DNA of 64,000 nucleotides from Stylophora pistillata (Eukaryota): NCBI RefSeq assembly GCF_002571385.2, contig NW_019218181.1, positions 151,606 to 215,605 of the forward strand, read 5' to 3'. Shown piece by piece: positions 36,577 to 49,800 of this stretch (position 1 is its first letter; each line of letters starts with the position of its first letter). The notes under the pieces were generated by a model. It saw only the letters and a program-made list of their open reading frames with translations, ran no database searches and was not told where the DNA came from. The position numbers and the translations under genes were made by a program.

Positions 36577-39402
36577 AATTCTTTAAATAGAATCGAAGCT
36601 ATTTTAACCATTTCAAGGTTAACACGCGATAGATCAAAGGGTAAGTGGACTGAAGAGAGACTGACAATCATTACGCAGAATCATGATGATATTAAGCCCA
36701 TGATCCATGTGGAGACTGAAAATGACCTCCCAGATCTATCAAATTGAATTTTGACTTAGAACAATTCGTTTTTCAAACCTTAAATATTTCAGCGATATCT
36801 TCCGAATTATAGTTCGTTCTAAGCGCCATATCGCTTATGCTCAACAATATATCACGGTTCCGCGATATATCATTTACATCTAACGAGATATCGCTTCCGC
36901 CAAGTGATTTCTCGTTTGCACTGAGCGAATTATCTTAAGGAAATTTTCAAACGAACCATTAGAAATGTGCCAAATACGAAGATTGTCTTCGGAATTGTAC
37001 CACTCTTTAGCTTTGTGATTTAGCTATGCTGAGCTTTGACATTTCTTGGAGTATTGCACTTTAAAACTTTGATCTGTGGGTGTTCAAATACAAATATTTC
37101 AAATGCCAATATATATCATCAAGAATATTAATAGTTCATAGTTGAAGTATCTACCATGTCTACGTCGCCCTTTAGGAATATAAATGCAAACATTTGATTT
37201 GGTTAAAACAGAAATCGAACGATCTTATTTATTTATGTTTTTGCTATCTGATTCATTCCTCATATTATTTTTCACTGAACTCTACTGTCACAGCTAAAAG
37301 TGACTTTTTACCCCAACGTACAGTTGGCCAGTTTTCTCGTTGAAAGAGGAACTCTGCTGGGAATGCGAATAGCTTAAGCTTACTTCTCTCAAGTTCGTTG
37401 TACTCCCTAAGCACGATTTTCGTCAATAGACTGACGTAGCCATAAGCGCGAGGATCAATCGTTAAAAACTCTTACAAATCTGTCTCAATTTGACGCTCAT
37501 GCTCGAATATATTATTGGAGAGTTAACATCTATTGCGTGTTTACCTGAAAATGAAATCACTGCTTGACGCGGATTTAAATCATTGACCCGCTACAATTTT
37601 AAGGTGGTCCAAATGGTTTCTCTAAGACCAACTCTTTAATAGATAATCCTTGAGCAAGGTGTCACAAAATTACCAATAATTTCTTAAAAATTTTAACATG
37701 TTTTGTTTTTACATCTAAGGTTACCATAGCAAAACCGCAACCTCTTACAAACACCCTTAATTTAAGCTGTTTGTGTCTGAAACTCGATACTCCCCATTTT
37801 TATTCTTTATGCAGAAACAGTAAATTAAAAAAAAATAGATAAATAAAAAAAATGGTACAGGAACACTTTAAATGTTTGAAGAATAGCGTGGGCCTAAACT
37901 GATTGAGAATAAGTTTTGAAAATCTTGCAGAAGAATGAGTCGTAATATGCCGATTGAAATTCGAAGAAAATAATGTTGATAAAATACAAATTGAGATCAA
38001 CGAACTTTTTGAGTTGCATGAACATGACACTCCACGTAAGGGTCTTTCTGAGAGCTGCTTTTAGGTATCCATGGCAATTTTAATTTAAGGCAAAACAAAA
38101 ACTACAGCATGCTCAGAAATTCTTTAGGCATCTTTTTTGATTCTATACGCCACGAAAAAAGACGAAATAGCGGAAACCACCAGCCATTAAAGAAATATTG
38201 TTACAAAAGGGAAACTAGATATTCACTCAAACACAAAAAGATTTCGTGAAAGAATTCTCTCGACTTATCAATATTGAAATTGCAAAAATTTTCCTCAATG
38301 AGATATTCAGTAACTTTCTTGAAAGACAAGAGTAGTCTGTCAAAATATCAGTAAAAAAAAAACTGTCAAGTGATACGTCAGAGTTGATACGTGTCCAACC
38401 ATTCAATATTGAAATTACAAAAGGTACGAAAATAATCTTTATTTTTAATATACAATGCCTGTAAAAAGGGACAAACTGCCAAGTGTTACGCCAGAGTTGA
38501 TTAGTGTTCATATCACTATTCCTTTGGAAAAGACTATTCAAGGAACTAAGGGCATCGAATGTGTACAACCTTAGAGACCAAGCATCAGGCGAGTTGCAGT
38601 AGCTTTTGTAAACTTGTCAAGTATTTTCAATTGGAGTTAAACATTTTACTACCCCAGGGTGTTTTCAAAGAGGCGAATGGGTTACGTTCATCTTCTATCG
38701 CCAAACTTTTCGGAAATTCTGAGTTGTTAGTAAACCGGATAAAAGCAAAATTTTTGTCATGAAAATGAAAAGAAAGGTCAGCTATTTTCATCTCTAGACG
38801 TGGTCGAACCATGATCGTTTCTAAACATCTGATTGATGAGCCCAGCAGATCCTGGTCTGCAGCCAGATCTTACCAAAAAAGCTCGCTTGGATATTTACTG
38901 CACTCAATCTCAGCCAATAATTTCGTGATGTTTTGAATAGTAACTGTAGTTTATTTTTGTATGGTCCTATAGAGCCACACGAGAAGAATATGGCGGATAA
39001 ACGAACGGCGAGTAAAGCGAGGAGTTAAAACTAAGTTTGGACTTTTACACGAAAAGATTTAGAATCTTGGTGGCAAACTGTTTGCAATTCCCCTCGCTGC
39101 GAAAGCATTATCGGCCTTTCCAAACGAGAAATCTCCGTGTATATGGCAAACATGTTCATAAACAGAGACATAAATGGTGTGAGTGTTGCTACAAGGCTTC
39201 ACATTCTTGCATCAGAGGTTCGAAACCAGACTTTTGACCTTTTTTCGAATGAGATGTTTAGGGCGAAATGAAAGAGAAATGTACTTTAGCACTGAAGCAG
39301 CAGCAATATCAGAGAACTTTGTTAAGGCCACTGCTTAAATATCATTCGTTTGACTTTCTTGTTCTCTGCATTTTCAGATTTGGTTTCTGAACTAACAGCG
39401 GT

Positions 39403-41584
39403 ATGTTCCTTCTGCTGACAGGAACATTTTTGGCGTTATCCGTATTCGGAGGCACACAAGGTAATGATTTCACTCTTCATAACATCTGGCAAGCAGGATA
39501 GGGCTGTCCAAACTATAAACTGTCGCTTTAAAATAAAAAGAAGTTTTTCCATGATAAAAATTAATCATAGCAATCGGCTGTTTTTAGTCATCAGAGTAAG
39601 ATTCTAGTTGGTGAAATGATTCAAAACCTTGCGTATTCTCACACCCTCGTTCATCTGCCTTTGCTTTGTATACTATTATGTTGGCTCAGTCACAAATAAT
39701 CAAAATTCATTTCTGAACAAACATGTACAATGCATCCCTGATCGAAAAAAGCAATCTCTTAATTTTTTCCTCTTTTAGGTACAGTGCCTGTTTCATACTT
39801 GGGATGTTACCGAGAATTTACATATCGCCCTCTCTTCAACAGAGTGTATTTCAATTATAGAAATGGGATCAATCTTCGACGACGACCCAATTGGAGTTTC
39901 ATGATTCAGGTCTGTGCTCGAGAAGCCGTCAAGAGAAAGTACTCTTATTTTGCCATCAAAAGATATGGTCATTGTACGTGGGGGCGTAGAGGACTTAGCA
40001 TCACCAGAGGATGGAACTGTAGAAATCGATGCCACTACGGCGTCGGCAGGTTGTGGTATGCTGCCGTATACAGAGTACAGGGATCTTCAGGTTATTGCTT
40101 ATATCAGTTTTTTATCATTTAGTTCCAGAGCTATCTGGATGCTCTTGTATGACGCCGATACATCACAGTTTTTGTGCAAAATCGGCTTTTTAGGCATGAA
40201 CTTTTCACCAGGAATTTCTTGACCTTTGAGATATTGATGGACCCATTTTAGGTTAAGTGAGATCTTAAGAGATAATTTGAAAAAGGTTGGCTTATCTTAC
40301 TGAAAGAAAAAATATATGTTTGTGCTTCATTTGGCCTGCCGAAACTAATGTTCTTTCTTTCTTTTTTGTCTTCCCTTTGCAAACCGATATAAGAAAATAA
40401 GAAAACTTCTATTCAATATTTCAAATCTGTAGAAAGCTGACAATCCGAGGTTACGAGACTGTAACAAAAAAGTCAGAAATCCAGTGCATTCCTTTTTTTT
40501 TTATACTGTAATGATAGAGGAACAGGACGATCTTTCATGAATATGATTCTCCCCCTGTTTTAGTTTGCCAAGAAGGACGTAAATCGTTTGATAAATGTGG
40601 GCAGAGATGTGATTGTATTCGTGGACGTCTCGTTAACTGCGTAAGGATCAGAAAGGAATTCACTTCTCTCTCGTTAAGAGAGCGAAGGCGTTAGATTCAA
40701 ACCATTCTTAAGGCTTCAACTGACCCTACGTTCAAAAACGATTACGACCGCCTGATCAATGACCACAGGATTCTATTCACGTCTGGAATTCATGAGCCTA
40801 TTCACTTTCTGCCATGGCATCGTTATTTCATCCTGCTTTACGACAACCTTCTTCGACGAGTGGACTGCAGAGTTACTGTGCCATACTGGGATTGGTCTCG
40901 AGTCTCGGGTGATCCATTTCGAACAAATCCTACAGACCTTTGGCATAGTGGAAATGCTGGTTTTGGTGGAAATGGCGTTGCACCAAACGGTTGTGTACAG
41001 ACGGGTCCTTTCAGAGAGAGCATCTGGAGCCTCCCTCCCCCTCCAGCGGGGGCGCCAACCGAGCCTGGACCTAGATGCTTACGGCGACGATTTAATGGGA
41101 ACCCTCCAGACCTGGTTGCCGTGAACAGAGTCCTGCAAATAAACCTGGTTAACTTCACAGATTTTGAGCTGCTACTCAGGATTAATCTCCATGACGTTGT
41201 TCACTGCTTGATTGGTGGTACCATGTGTTTTAATGACTCTGCTTCAGCGCCTGAGTTCTTTCTTCACCATGGCTTCATTGACAAGATCTGGGATGACTGG
41301 CAAAAGAGGAGTGATGCTCACCTGAATGTATTCTTTCCTAATATCAACGAGGTTATGCCAGGCACTCAGGTGTTTCCCAGGGAGGTTGTTGATCTTTCCT
41401 CCCAGCCAGGTGGCGTTCGTGCAGAATATCAGCAACCTAAAAGCCCTGTGAGACCTTCATCAGGTGAATATTGCTTAAGTTATATTCTGTCGTGTTTATG
41501 ATCGTCCAGTTGAAGGTTTTCCTGAGGAGGGCAGTTACTGCAAGTGGTGACGGACGTATCGACAACCTGCGCGTCGCGAAGGTA

Positions 41585-41620
<36 letters not shown>

Positions 41621-41776
41621 AATTGATTATCAAATTTTCCTTTATTTTCAGGCCAGGGACATAATCAGCAACGAAGGAGATTTTCCTCTCTCAATGCAAA
41701 GGTCATCAGAGTGTTCCACATAAAGTCAACTGAAGTCAGTAAAGCGATGGAGATGGCAAAGATGTTACAACCTTGA
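39403..41776 (+). pseudogene. Secreted WSC-like + tyrosinase gene 1 with an in-frame TAG at 40692-40694 (exons 39403-39460, 39779-40090, 40564-41463, 41652-41776); null allele, young pseudogene or sequence error
   Basis: Signal MFLLLTGTFLALSVFGGTQG. WSC-like YLGCY...CAREA..YSYFAI..YGHC. CuA (NDH, GIH, FLPWHR) and CuB (NLHDVVH, FFLHH) are intact. ERRR*I aligns with ERERYI in paralog 2. Confidence 0.8.
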
Positions 41777-42770
41777 GCTTGTTGAAAGCAAAGAGGAAAA
41801 AACTGTCTCTTTAAGTCAGATGCACTCCTGACTGAGATATCGATAATGAGAAATCTTAGGCTATTTACTCGCATTAAAAAGTAACGAATTTAGTCATCTC
41901 GAACTGAGTTAAACTTTTGATTTAACTGATATATTTTAAATATATATATATGGAATTGTGTAAAGCGTAAAAGTAAGCTCAGCTGTAACTTATCCATCAC
42001 CTGGCCCCGATTTTTCAAAGAGCAGATAACCCGTTCCAACGGATAAATCGCTGTCCAGCGGAAAAGTGTTAACTAAACCTACTGCGCTATCCATTCGATA
42101 GAGATTCAACCAGTGTATTGCATTATCCACCCTTCGAACAACCAGGGCATGGTGGCAACTGGTGCTAATAAATGATGAAGCAACAGTTGCACTGTATTGA
42201 CGTGAATATGGGTTTGATATCGTTTGATATTTACAAGATTTTAAATGAAATTTGTTTTGCATTGATGCTACGACGGAAATGCATGGGCTGTCCTGAACAA
42301 AATCACAATGCATCTCACACTCTCATTTTAGCATTAAAAAAAACTGAAAATAGAAGGAAATCTCTACAATTAAATTGGATTTTTAGAGCAATTTTTGATT
42401 GAATATGCAAAGTAATCACAAATTGAACAAGCAGTCGCGAGTACAATTTTATACGTACATCAAAGCGCTTTTATTGGAGACAATCAGACAACAATCCTTG
42501 TAAAGGGCTGTATGCGATGAGAAGGCCGGGGAAAGCCCTAAGGCCAACCTAAATGCGACTTTAAAATGCTAAAATGCACATTAACTGTCATACTGGCAGG
42601 GAAAAGTTTGGTTCTTAGCCATTATCCCCAGCTAATATCAGATGAGTATCCTCGGGCCAAATGTCATACAGTCTAGACCCCTCACTCAAGCAATAAGTGC
42701 GTTGTACACTAGTTGTCCCACTTTGAAGCAAGGGAAATAAATTTTAAACTGTCTTGGCCAAGCTACAACT

Positions 42771-43008
42771 TGTGAAGGTGTAGTCTGATCGTCCGGGTGA
42801 GTGTAGTCCTGAGAAGGACTGTTGTCGGTGGTAGTGACTGACGTTTCGACAACCTGTGCGGGAGTCATCATCAGAGTCAAGATGACTTCCGCACAGGTTG
42901 TCGAAACGCCAGTCACTGCCACCGACAACAGTCCTTCTCAGGACTACACTCACCCGGACGATCAGACTACACCTTCACATGTTACCCCCGGGTTCAAACC
43001 ATTTACTG
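42771..43008. mobile_element. Penelope-like pseudo-LTR fragment forming a near-perfect ~209-bp palindrome (degenerate relative at ~41498-41575)
   Basis: tgtgaaggtgtagtctgatcgtccgggtgag... (42771) is mirrored by ...ctcacccggacgatcagactacaccttcaca (42979). Confidence 0.75.
42836..42878 (-). ncRNA. Minimal type I hammerhead ribozyme motif
   Basis: Minus strand reads GACU-CUGAUGA-U-GAC[loop]GUC-GAAA-CGUC^AGUC, with stem I GACU/AGUC, stem II GAC/GUC, a palindromic ACGU helix III and a GUC cleavage triplet. Confidence 0.7.
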
Positions 43009-43544
43009 CACTACAACTCCTTGCTAAACACTTTAATTCTGGTATTCAAAAAGATTCTCAAGCGTTCGCAAGATCGTCAACAAATCAGTTTTTTCCGCTA
43101 GCAAATTGTAACGATTTAAGGTTACTTCCCACCTTCGCTGGTCTCCTTCGGGAAAAAATTCGTGCACGCGCTAGTTTCAAGAAGATCCCAACAAACTATA
43201 TATCAAAAGAAAGCTTAATAAATGCAGTTTACGATAAAAATATAAATTATGCTATTTTTTTTATTTAGAGAGTATCAGGAGCAGGTAAGGCGTCAAACGA
43301 CTGAGGGTCCTTCTATTGAATTTACCGGGTATCGGATCCTGCAGCACGAGCAAAGTGGCTGCACAGTCTTATTCACAAGGCACCAATTAACAAATGTGTC
43401 AGGTTTTTCCTATATTCTGATTGGTTGTCTCGATATCCGCATTTCAAGTTAGAGTAGCGTAAAATATGCGAAACGTGTTGCGTAAATGGACACAACGTGA
43501 AAAATATTTCAAATATCAAAATTTCCTGACACTAATTCGTCCTT

Positions 43545-43923
43545 AGGGGCCTTAAGCAGTCAGGACGACAACGCCAAGGAAGACGTCAATTACAAAGTGA
43601 ATTTATACTTTTAATTAGAATTTTCGAAAATTGCTTTTTGTGTGAACCATCCCAGGCGGCGCCACAAATCAACCTCAAAATAACGTATAAGTTGCGTTGA
43701 GTTCCAAATGGAAATTTAAATAATTTGTCGTCACGGTTTCGGTTCGCAAACGACGCAAATTTTGGTGATTTCACATTGTTGATTTGCAAAAGACGGTTAT
43801 GAAATGTACTAAGTTTTAAAATGCACATGCTGACCAACCGTTCTGCCAATTAGATCTTATTTCCACGTCCTTGTTGCCGTCGCTGTCGTGCCGTCGCCGT
43901 CGTGGTTTGCTTCAGGTCCCTAT
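43545..43923. mobile_element. Harbinger-type MITE nested in the TTAA element
   Basis: Termini aggggccttaagca..gacgacaacg / cgtcgccgtcgtggtttgcttcaggtccct. Confidence 0.55.
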
Positions 43924-44080
43924 TATCCCTGAAATTTTTAGCGAAATTTCACGAAAATCGGTCAAATCTACATAGTTACCCTATAAATTCGCATAGAGTG
44001 GTTGTATTCCTCTCAAAATAAAATGCGAGATTTTAGTTCCTAAAGGTTTGTAAACGACTGGCGCCACACCAAGAGATAAT

Positions 44081-44844
44081 AGGGAGCTTAAGATACAGAC
44101 GTTTTCGGGGCGACGGCGACGTGACAACCCAGGTAAACTGGGTCAGAGGTTGCCGTTTGCGCGCCATAATTGAAGTTGTTAAGATTCTAATGACGGCCGG
44201 CCTTTGCGACATCTTCGAAGTTCGTCGAGTTTCGCTTCATAAATTGAGGCTTTTTTGTCGTAACGTGGTGACGTTTGAAGAATTCCGCCACCTCCTCGTC
44301 CTTTACTACGACGCTAATCTTATTAGCGATGAAGAGTTCTTGGTTTTGTATGAAATATTTCCGTCTAAAAACCCTAATTTTCCAAATGAAAATCTCCATA
44401 GATCTTAGGTGTACGTTTTCGAGGTGCATCTAGGAATTGATAAAGGGAGTGACAGCAAGCAAAAACTCCCTTTTATGTTAAGAATTCAAGTACTGTATGC
44501 GTACGTGCCCAAAACTTACCTCGACGATTTGGACTTCACTGTGTTGCCTCGTTCATTTTAACCTAAAGAGAAAACAAAAGGTCTCTTGAGTTGGCCGAGA
44601 CATCGTGTGATGATTTGTGCGAAATGTGATAATGCAATCACTTTAATACAAGTGACAAAATTGGCAGTATATTAAATAAAACAAACAAGATCAACTCACG
44701 TTTTCACCACAACGGCAAACTCATTGATCTCACGTCGCCGACGTGAGGGCGACGGCGGGGCCGCATGCGCAGTCAATCTCGCCCCAATCTTAATCGGCCT
44801 CCACGTCGCCGTCGCCCCGAAAACGTCTGTATCTTAAGCTCCCT
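44081..44844 (+). mobile_element. PIF/Harbinger-derived non-autonomous element retaining a transposase N-terminal fragment
   Basis: ~43-bp near-perfect TIRs AGGGAGCTTAAGATACAGACGTTTTCGGGGCGACGGCGACGTG. The peptide LISDEEFLVLYEIFPSKNPNFP resembles N-termini of Harbinger/HARBI1-like transposases. Confidence 0.75.
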
Positions 44845-46886
44845 ATTATCTCACCTCCTGAAACCGTGAACCAATGGGAAGATGGAACTGGCGTCAATGA
44901 CAATGCATCAAGATTTTCCCGGGAAAAGTATCGCATAGCAGTCGATCAGATTTTTTATCTCGCTCTGTTGATTGTCGAGTAATGGGCGAAATTGGCAAAA
45001 TAAAAACCCGCGGGTGAAAGATAAAGTTGGAAAAACTTCTGAAAAGCAAAACAGCGAATCGACAGACAGCTTAAGTAATACCCTTATCGCTGAAATGAGT
45101 TCCCTCAGGTAGGTTTATTCATGATTTCATACGATTCGAGGCCATTGCCTATGTTTTGTATCAAGGCCGGTACTTGCCTATTGAAAGGAAACTTCGTTTT
45201 CAACCTAATGCACGACAAATGTAGATTTGATGGCGACTTCTTTGTTCGTAATTTGTATGCCAGCGTGGAGAGGAGCCCCAGGACTGGTTTTTTTTCCTGA
45301 CAAAATGGTGCCATTTCCATCCTCTTTGGGCGCTGGGCCTGTTTTTTTTCTTTTTCTTCGCCCAGCCACTCCTCTCGAGTTTTGATTGCTGCTTTTTATC
45401 CATGAGAAAAGACTTTCCACCAGCAAAGAACTTTCACGTGTGAATTTTTTCAATTGTATGAACATGAAATTGCCGCGAGTGTTCCCTCCAGGGGGTTCGC
45501 CCATTTACGAGATTACGACACCCTCCTGATTTATTAACTTTTGATTGAAAATAGGTTTTCTAAATAAGTTGGACGCTTTTTGAGATTTTAAAATTTTTCC
45601 TTTTTGTAAACGTTAGGTAAAATATCGGTCTTCAATCTAGTCCAATAAAAGAAAAAAACATTTTTTTGGTCTCTGAAGGTGGGAAGTAACCTTAATCAAT
45701 TATAAAGACTACGATTAAAAATCTCACTTTGGAGAAGCTGGGACTGGACCAATCAGTTACTTTCTTACATCCAGGGTGAATCTCGATCGACTTCAATCTG
45801 TTACTTATCAAATACGTTATGACCGAGAGGGTGTTTTCGAGATCACATTAAAATATCGTCCAATAAGTTAGTTACAATGAAAAATGATGATGAAAATGAT
45901 AATATAATAGAGCTATATTGAGTTGATATTTGAGATTTGACTTCAATGATTGCATTGTTCGAGTAGAATCTTTGAAAAAAACACTAACAAAGAAGAACTT
46001 TTACAATAGCTACCACTGCCAGCAGTAGTCCTTTGACAGCGTTCGAGACAACGCGCACGGTAAGTCAAGTGGTTGACTAATTCTAAGGTGTCGTTTTTAA
46101 CAATTTTTTTTTGGCTCACGATTTTAACTGATCCAGAACAAAAAAACCTTTTCATCATCATCGAAGCTAGTGCATTTGTATACTAAAGTGCCCAAGGTAA
46201 TACTTCACCTGTTTGTCAAATATTTTAATTCTGTTTTTTATTCGACATCTCATTCATTCTGTGTGGTATGAAATTTTATCAAAATTACAGGATTTATTAG
46301 AACATATTTGAAAATCTTAAGCCACATTGGCGTCGTAGAAAAGTAAAATGTGTTGTCTTTTGTTGATTTCTTTTCGCTAATATGGGGTGATTGAATGAAT
46401 AAGGTGTTATTATTTGACTTAATCATTGACTAATCTAAAGAAAAAAGAATTGAAATGAGACACGACGTGTAACAGAATTCATAATCACTTCTTAAAAAAT
46501 TTATTTTCTTTTTATACGTCTACCAAAAACGTTGGGGATGATTTTGAAAAAGAATGCTACGAGGAGTGATGTTTTTCTAACCCATTTATTTTCCGTATGT
46601 TTCAGTATATTTAGCCGTTGTTTACCGAGATTCACAATAATTATAGCGGGTTATTGGATTTTTCGCTTTCTATAATAACGAGTCTTTCTTTTATTCTGGC
46701 ACGGAAAAGGATATTTCGACCGTGACAACCCCTGGCTGGCTAAAAGAACTATCAGAATATACAATATTACTTGCTAAATTATTTGTTTTTTAATCAGTTG
46801 GGTGGCTGAAAAGCTAATTTGGCTTCAAAGTTGATTGTAGTAGGTAGTAAATATTCGTATCCTCTTTTCAGATCTCATTGATAACA

Positions 46887-49800
46887 ATGGCGAGAACTAT
46901 AGCTCTCTTCTTGATGGTGACACTCTTAGCTTGCTGTGAAATGGATGGTGAGGATTTCTAGATCAAATAACGAAGAAAAAATTAACCGTAAAGCATATTT
47001 ACAGGTTACGCTTCTATATGAATCATCTATTTAGAGTCCTTAAGTTTAGAAATTAAATAATGAAAGAAATGAGTAAAAAAGCTGAGTACTAATTACCATT
47101 CAACCGCCTGGAGAGTTACTCAGGTTTCTATATCGTATCAGGGTGGTCCAATATATATCAACCACCTGTACAGCTACTCAGGTATTTCTATATTGGGTTA
47201 AGGTGGTCCAATATATTTGATGAGACATTTCATATCACGCCTGGTTTGCTTTTATTGTTTCACGAGATGTACATGAGCAGAACTCTCTTTTGCTTGAAAA
47301 GACAAGACTAGCAAATAGGAAATGTTATAAAAGTTTGGATTATTGCCGGTTGAAATGTTGAGAAATCGTATAACAAAGCAACTTAAAAGAGAAGCTTGTT
47401 ATTATGCTAACACTCCAAAAACCTGTGGAGTTCCTCGGCTATTTCTATGTTCTGGTGAGATGGTTTAATATATCAATTCACCATTTGAAACTGAGCGACA
47501 CACACTTATTATCACGATCGATTTGCTTTAACAAAGGTACAAGCTGCCCTTCCGTTTTCTTTTCACCTCCGTTTTCTTTTATATTCTTTCATTTTTTCTT
47601 TGTTCTTTGCGTGAAGAAACAGGATTAGAAAAAAAGGAGTCAAAGGGCATTTACACGAAAACACATTTTTATACAAAAATGAAAAGAACAAAACACAGCA
47701 ATACAAAATGCTAATATGAAATGATTAATTCACTCTTCTTCTTGTAGCATCAGGTCATTTTCACGTGTCCTACCTGGGCTGTTACCTAGAACCCCCCTAC
47801 GACTCGTTGTTCTACAAAGCGTATCTAGATTACAGGTACCGTATAGATTGGACAAAGCTACCTGATTTGAGACACGTAACACGGGCCTGTGCTCGAGAGG
47901 CCTTTAAGAGAAATTATACATACTTTGCCATCAAGAACTATGGAGTGTGTTCCTGGGGCCCAGAAGGTCTCGCAGTAACGAGTAAAGGGAAAAAAGTGTC
48001 TGGATGTTTCCTCACCATCGGAGGACCGAGGGCTGTTTCCGTCTTTAAGATTATAAAACCGAAAGGTGAGGAAGTAGCAGTTCTGATTAAAACTAAGAGT
48101 TGCTTATATGAAAAGGTTAAGCGTCAAAAGAGCTTCAAAACAAACAAAAAAAAGCCATAGAAATATTTTCGGAACTTGAATATCTACTTTAAGACCTTTC
48201 CGTTCTTGATTAGCTTATTGAGAAAAAATTGATATCCTTGCGTTATTACTGTGTTTTAAGGGTAATGTAGAATAACATAAAAGCATATTGAGCGCCGCAC
48301 AAAATGCAGACATAACGCCTTAAGCCGGTACGAAGTGATTTTCTCGGACCTGAATTTTAAATTTGTGCTGAGAAACATCCATGTTTCAGCGCTAATGTTT
48401 GACAAAGCACCTGGGAGGGAGGGGGAGTTGGGGGCGAAGGCATCTTAATCCTGAGAGAGTGGTAGTGCGCACACAGCCGAGGTGTAACACACCTGAGGGC
48501 GACAGATCGTGCAGCATTACACGTTATACTTCATGAGTGTCTCTATTCTTCTTTGTCCTTATTTGAAGTAAATGGCGGATGGTCTCTCTGGAGTCAATGG
48601 GGCAGCTGCAGTCGGACTTGTGGTGGTGGATCAAAAACAAGATCAAGAACATGTACTAATCCCCCTCCCAGCGCTGGTGGTGTAAGCTGCCAGGGCAGTG
48701 GTTTCCAGACCCTATCCTGCAACACAGAAGGATGTCCCGGTGAGAATGAAATAATCGCTTAAGTCTTAAAATAACTCTCAAAGCTCAACGCAGATGGGAA
48801 CTGCGTTGATATCTGTCACTTCTATTATTTGAAGAATGGCGGATGGTCCCATTTGCTCTGACGAAGGGCTAACGCTCGATACGTCAGCTTTGAATCTCTT
48901 TTAGGTGGCCAATTCACAATATCAACTCAGCTGATAAAAACAAAGTTACCTTGTAACGCCCACCGACGCAGCACCATAGTTTCTTTAGAAACCTGATCCC
49001 CTTTATTTACCTCTATTATATATTTATTTGCTGTAGCGTGATTTGGTATTCACAAACGTCTCTTATAGTGAATATCTTATAAAGCAGATCATGTCTTCAG
49101 AACTTTAATAATTTTCTTTATTTTCTAAGTTGATGGTGGGTGGTCTTCCTGGGGAACTTGGAGCATATGCAGCCTATCATGTGGCAGTGGCAGACAAACA
49201 CGCGCGCGGACATGTACTAATCCCTCACCGGCAGCTGGCGGTGCCCACTGCGTCGGGAATAATTCTGTTGAGGTTCAGTCCTGTAGCACTGACAGTTGTC
49301 CAGGTGAGATAAGGAGTTCTCTCTCAAGAATTCTTTCCCTCACTCTTTTTATGTTCACTTTTAATGTATGAAATAGACATCTTTGTATGAGCGTCACAAC
49401 GCGTTCTCCATAACTACTTAATCGCACTAAGGAGCCATTAGCTTTTTAATCAAACATGGACTGGCGTCAAATTGTCTGAAATGCGTTAACGCGTAATTCC
49501 AAGCTGACAAAATGATTCTTTAGTTAATGGCGCCTGGTCAGCGTGGGGAGCCTGGAGCGAATGCAGCCTAACTTGTGGTGGAGGGGAACAAACGCGGATG
49601 CGCACCTGTTCCAGTCCTCCGCCGAGTATAGATGGCCTTACTTGCCAGGGAAGCGACTCCCAGTCTCAACCTTGCAACACGAAAGAATGTGAAAGTAGGA
49701 AAAATTAGGAGGTAAAGAGAAATTAACAGGGAGATCGGTTTCTGGCGTAAGATTTTGTCGTTGCTTCTGGTTCATGGTAAATGGAACGAGTAGGGATCTG

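Larger units (their letters stand above)
43120..45691. mobile_element. ~2.6-kb non-autonomous TIR element flanked by TTAA (Kolobok-like), with two nested MITEs
   Basis: ttaa|GGTTACTTCCCACCTTC ... GAAGGTGGGAAGTAACC|ttaa. Confidence 0.75.

Noticed and set aside
35300-39300. Hidden gene between toxin B and tyrosinase 1
   Set aside because: Only short ORFs with no recognisable motifs. Part looks like decayed DNA-transposon sequence (~37600-38600) whose ends I could not define.
40692-40694. Selenocysteine or pyrrolysine recoding
   Set aside because: The codon is TAG, not TGA, it aligns to Tyr, and animals lack pyrrolysine machinery.
42686-43268. Mirror-image ORFs on both strands (VVETSVT...SPSQDYTHPDDQTT)
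   Set aside because: Artefact of the palindromic Penelope-like fragment.
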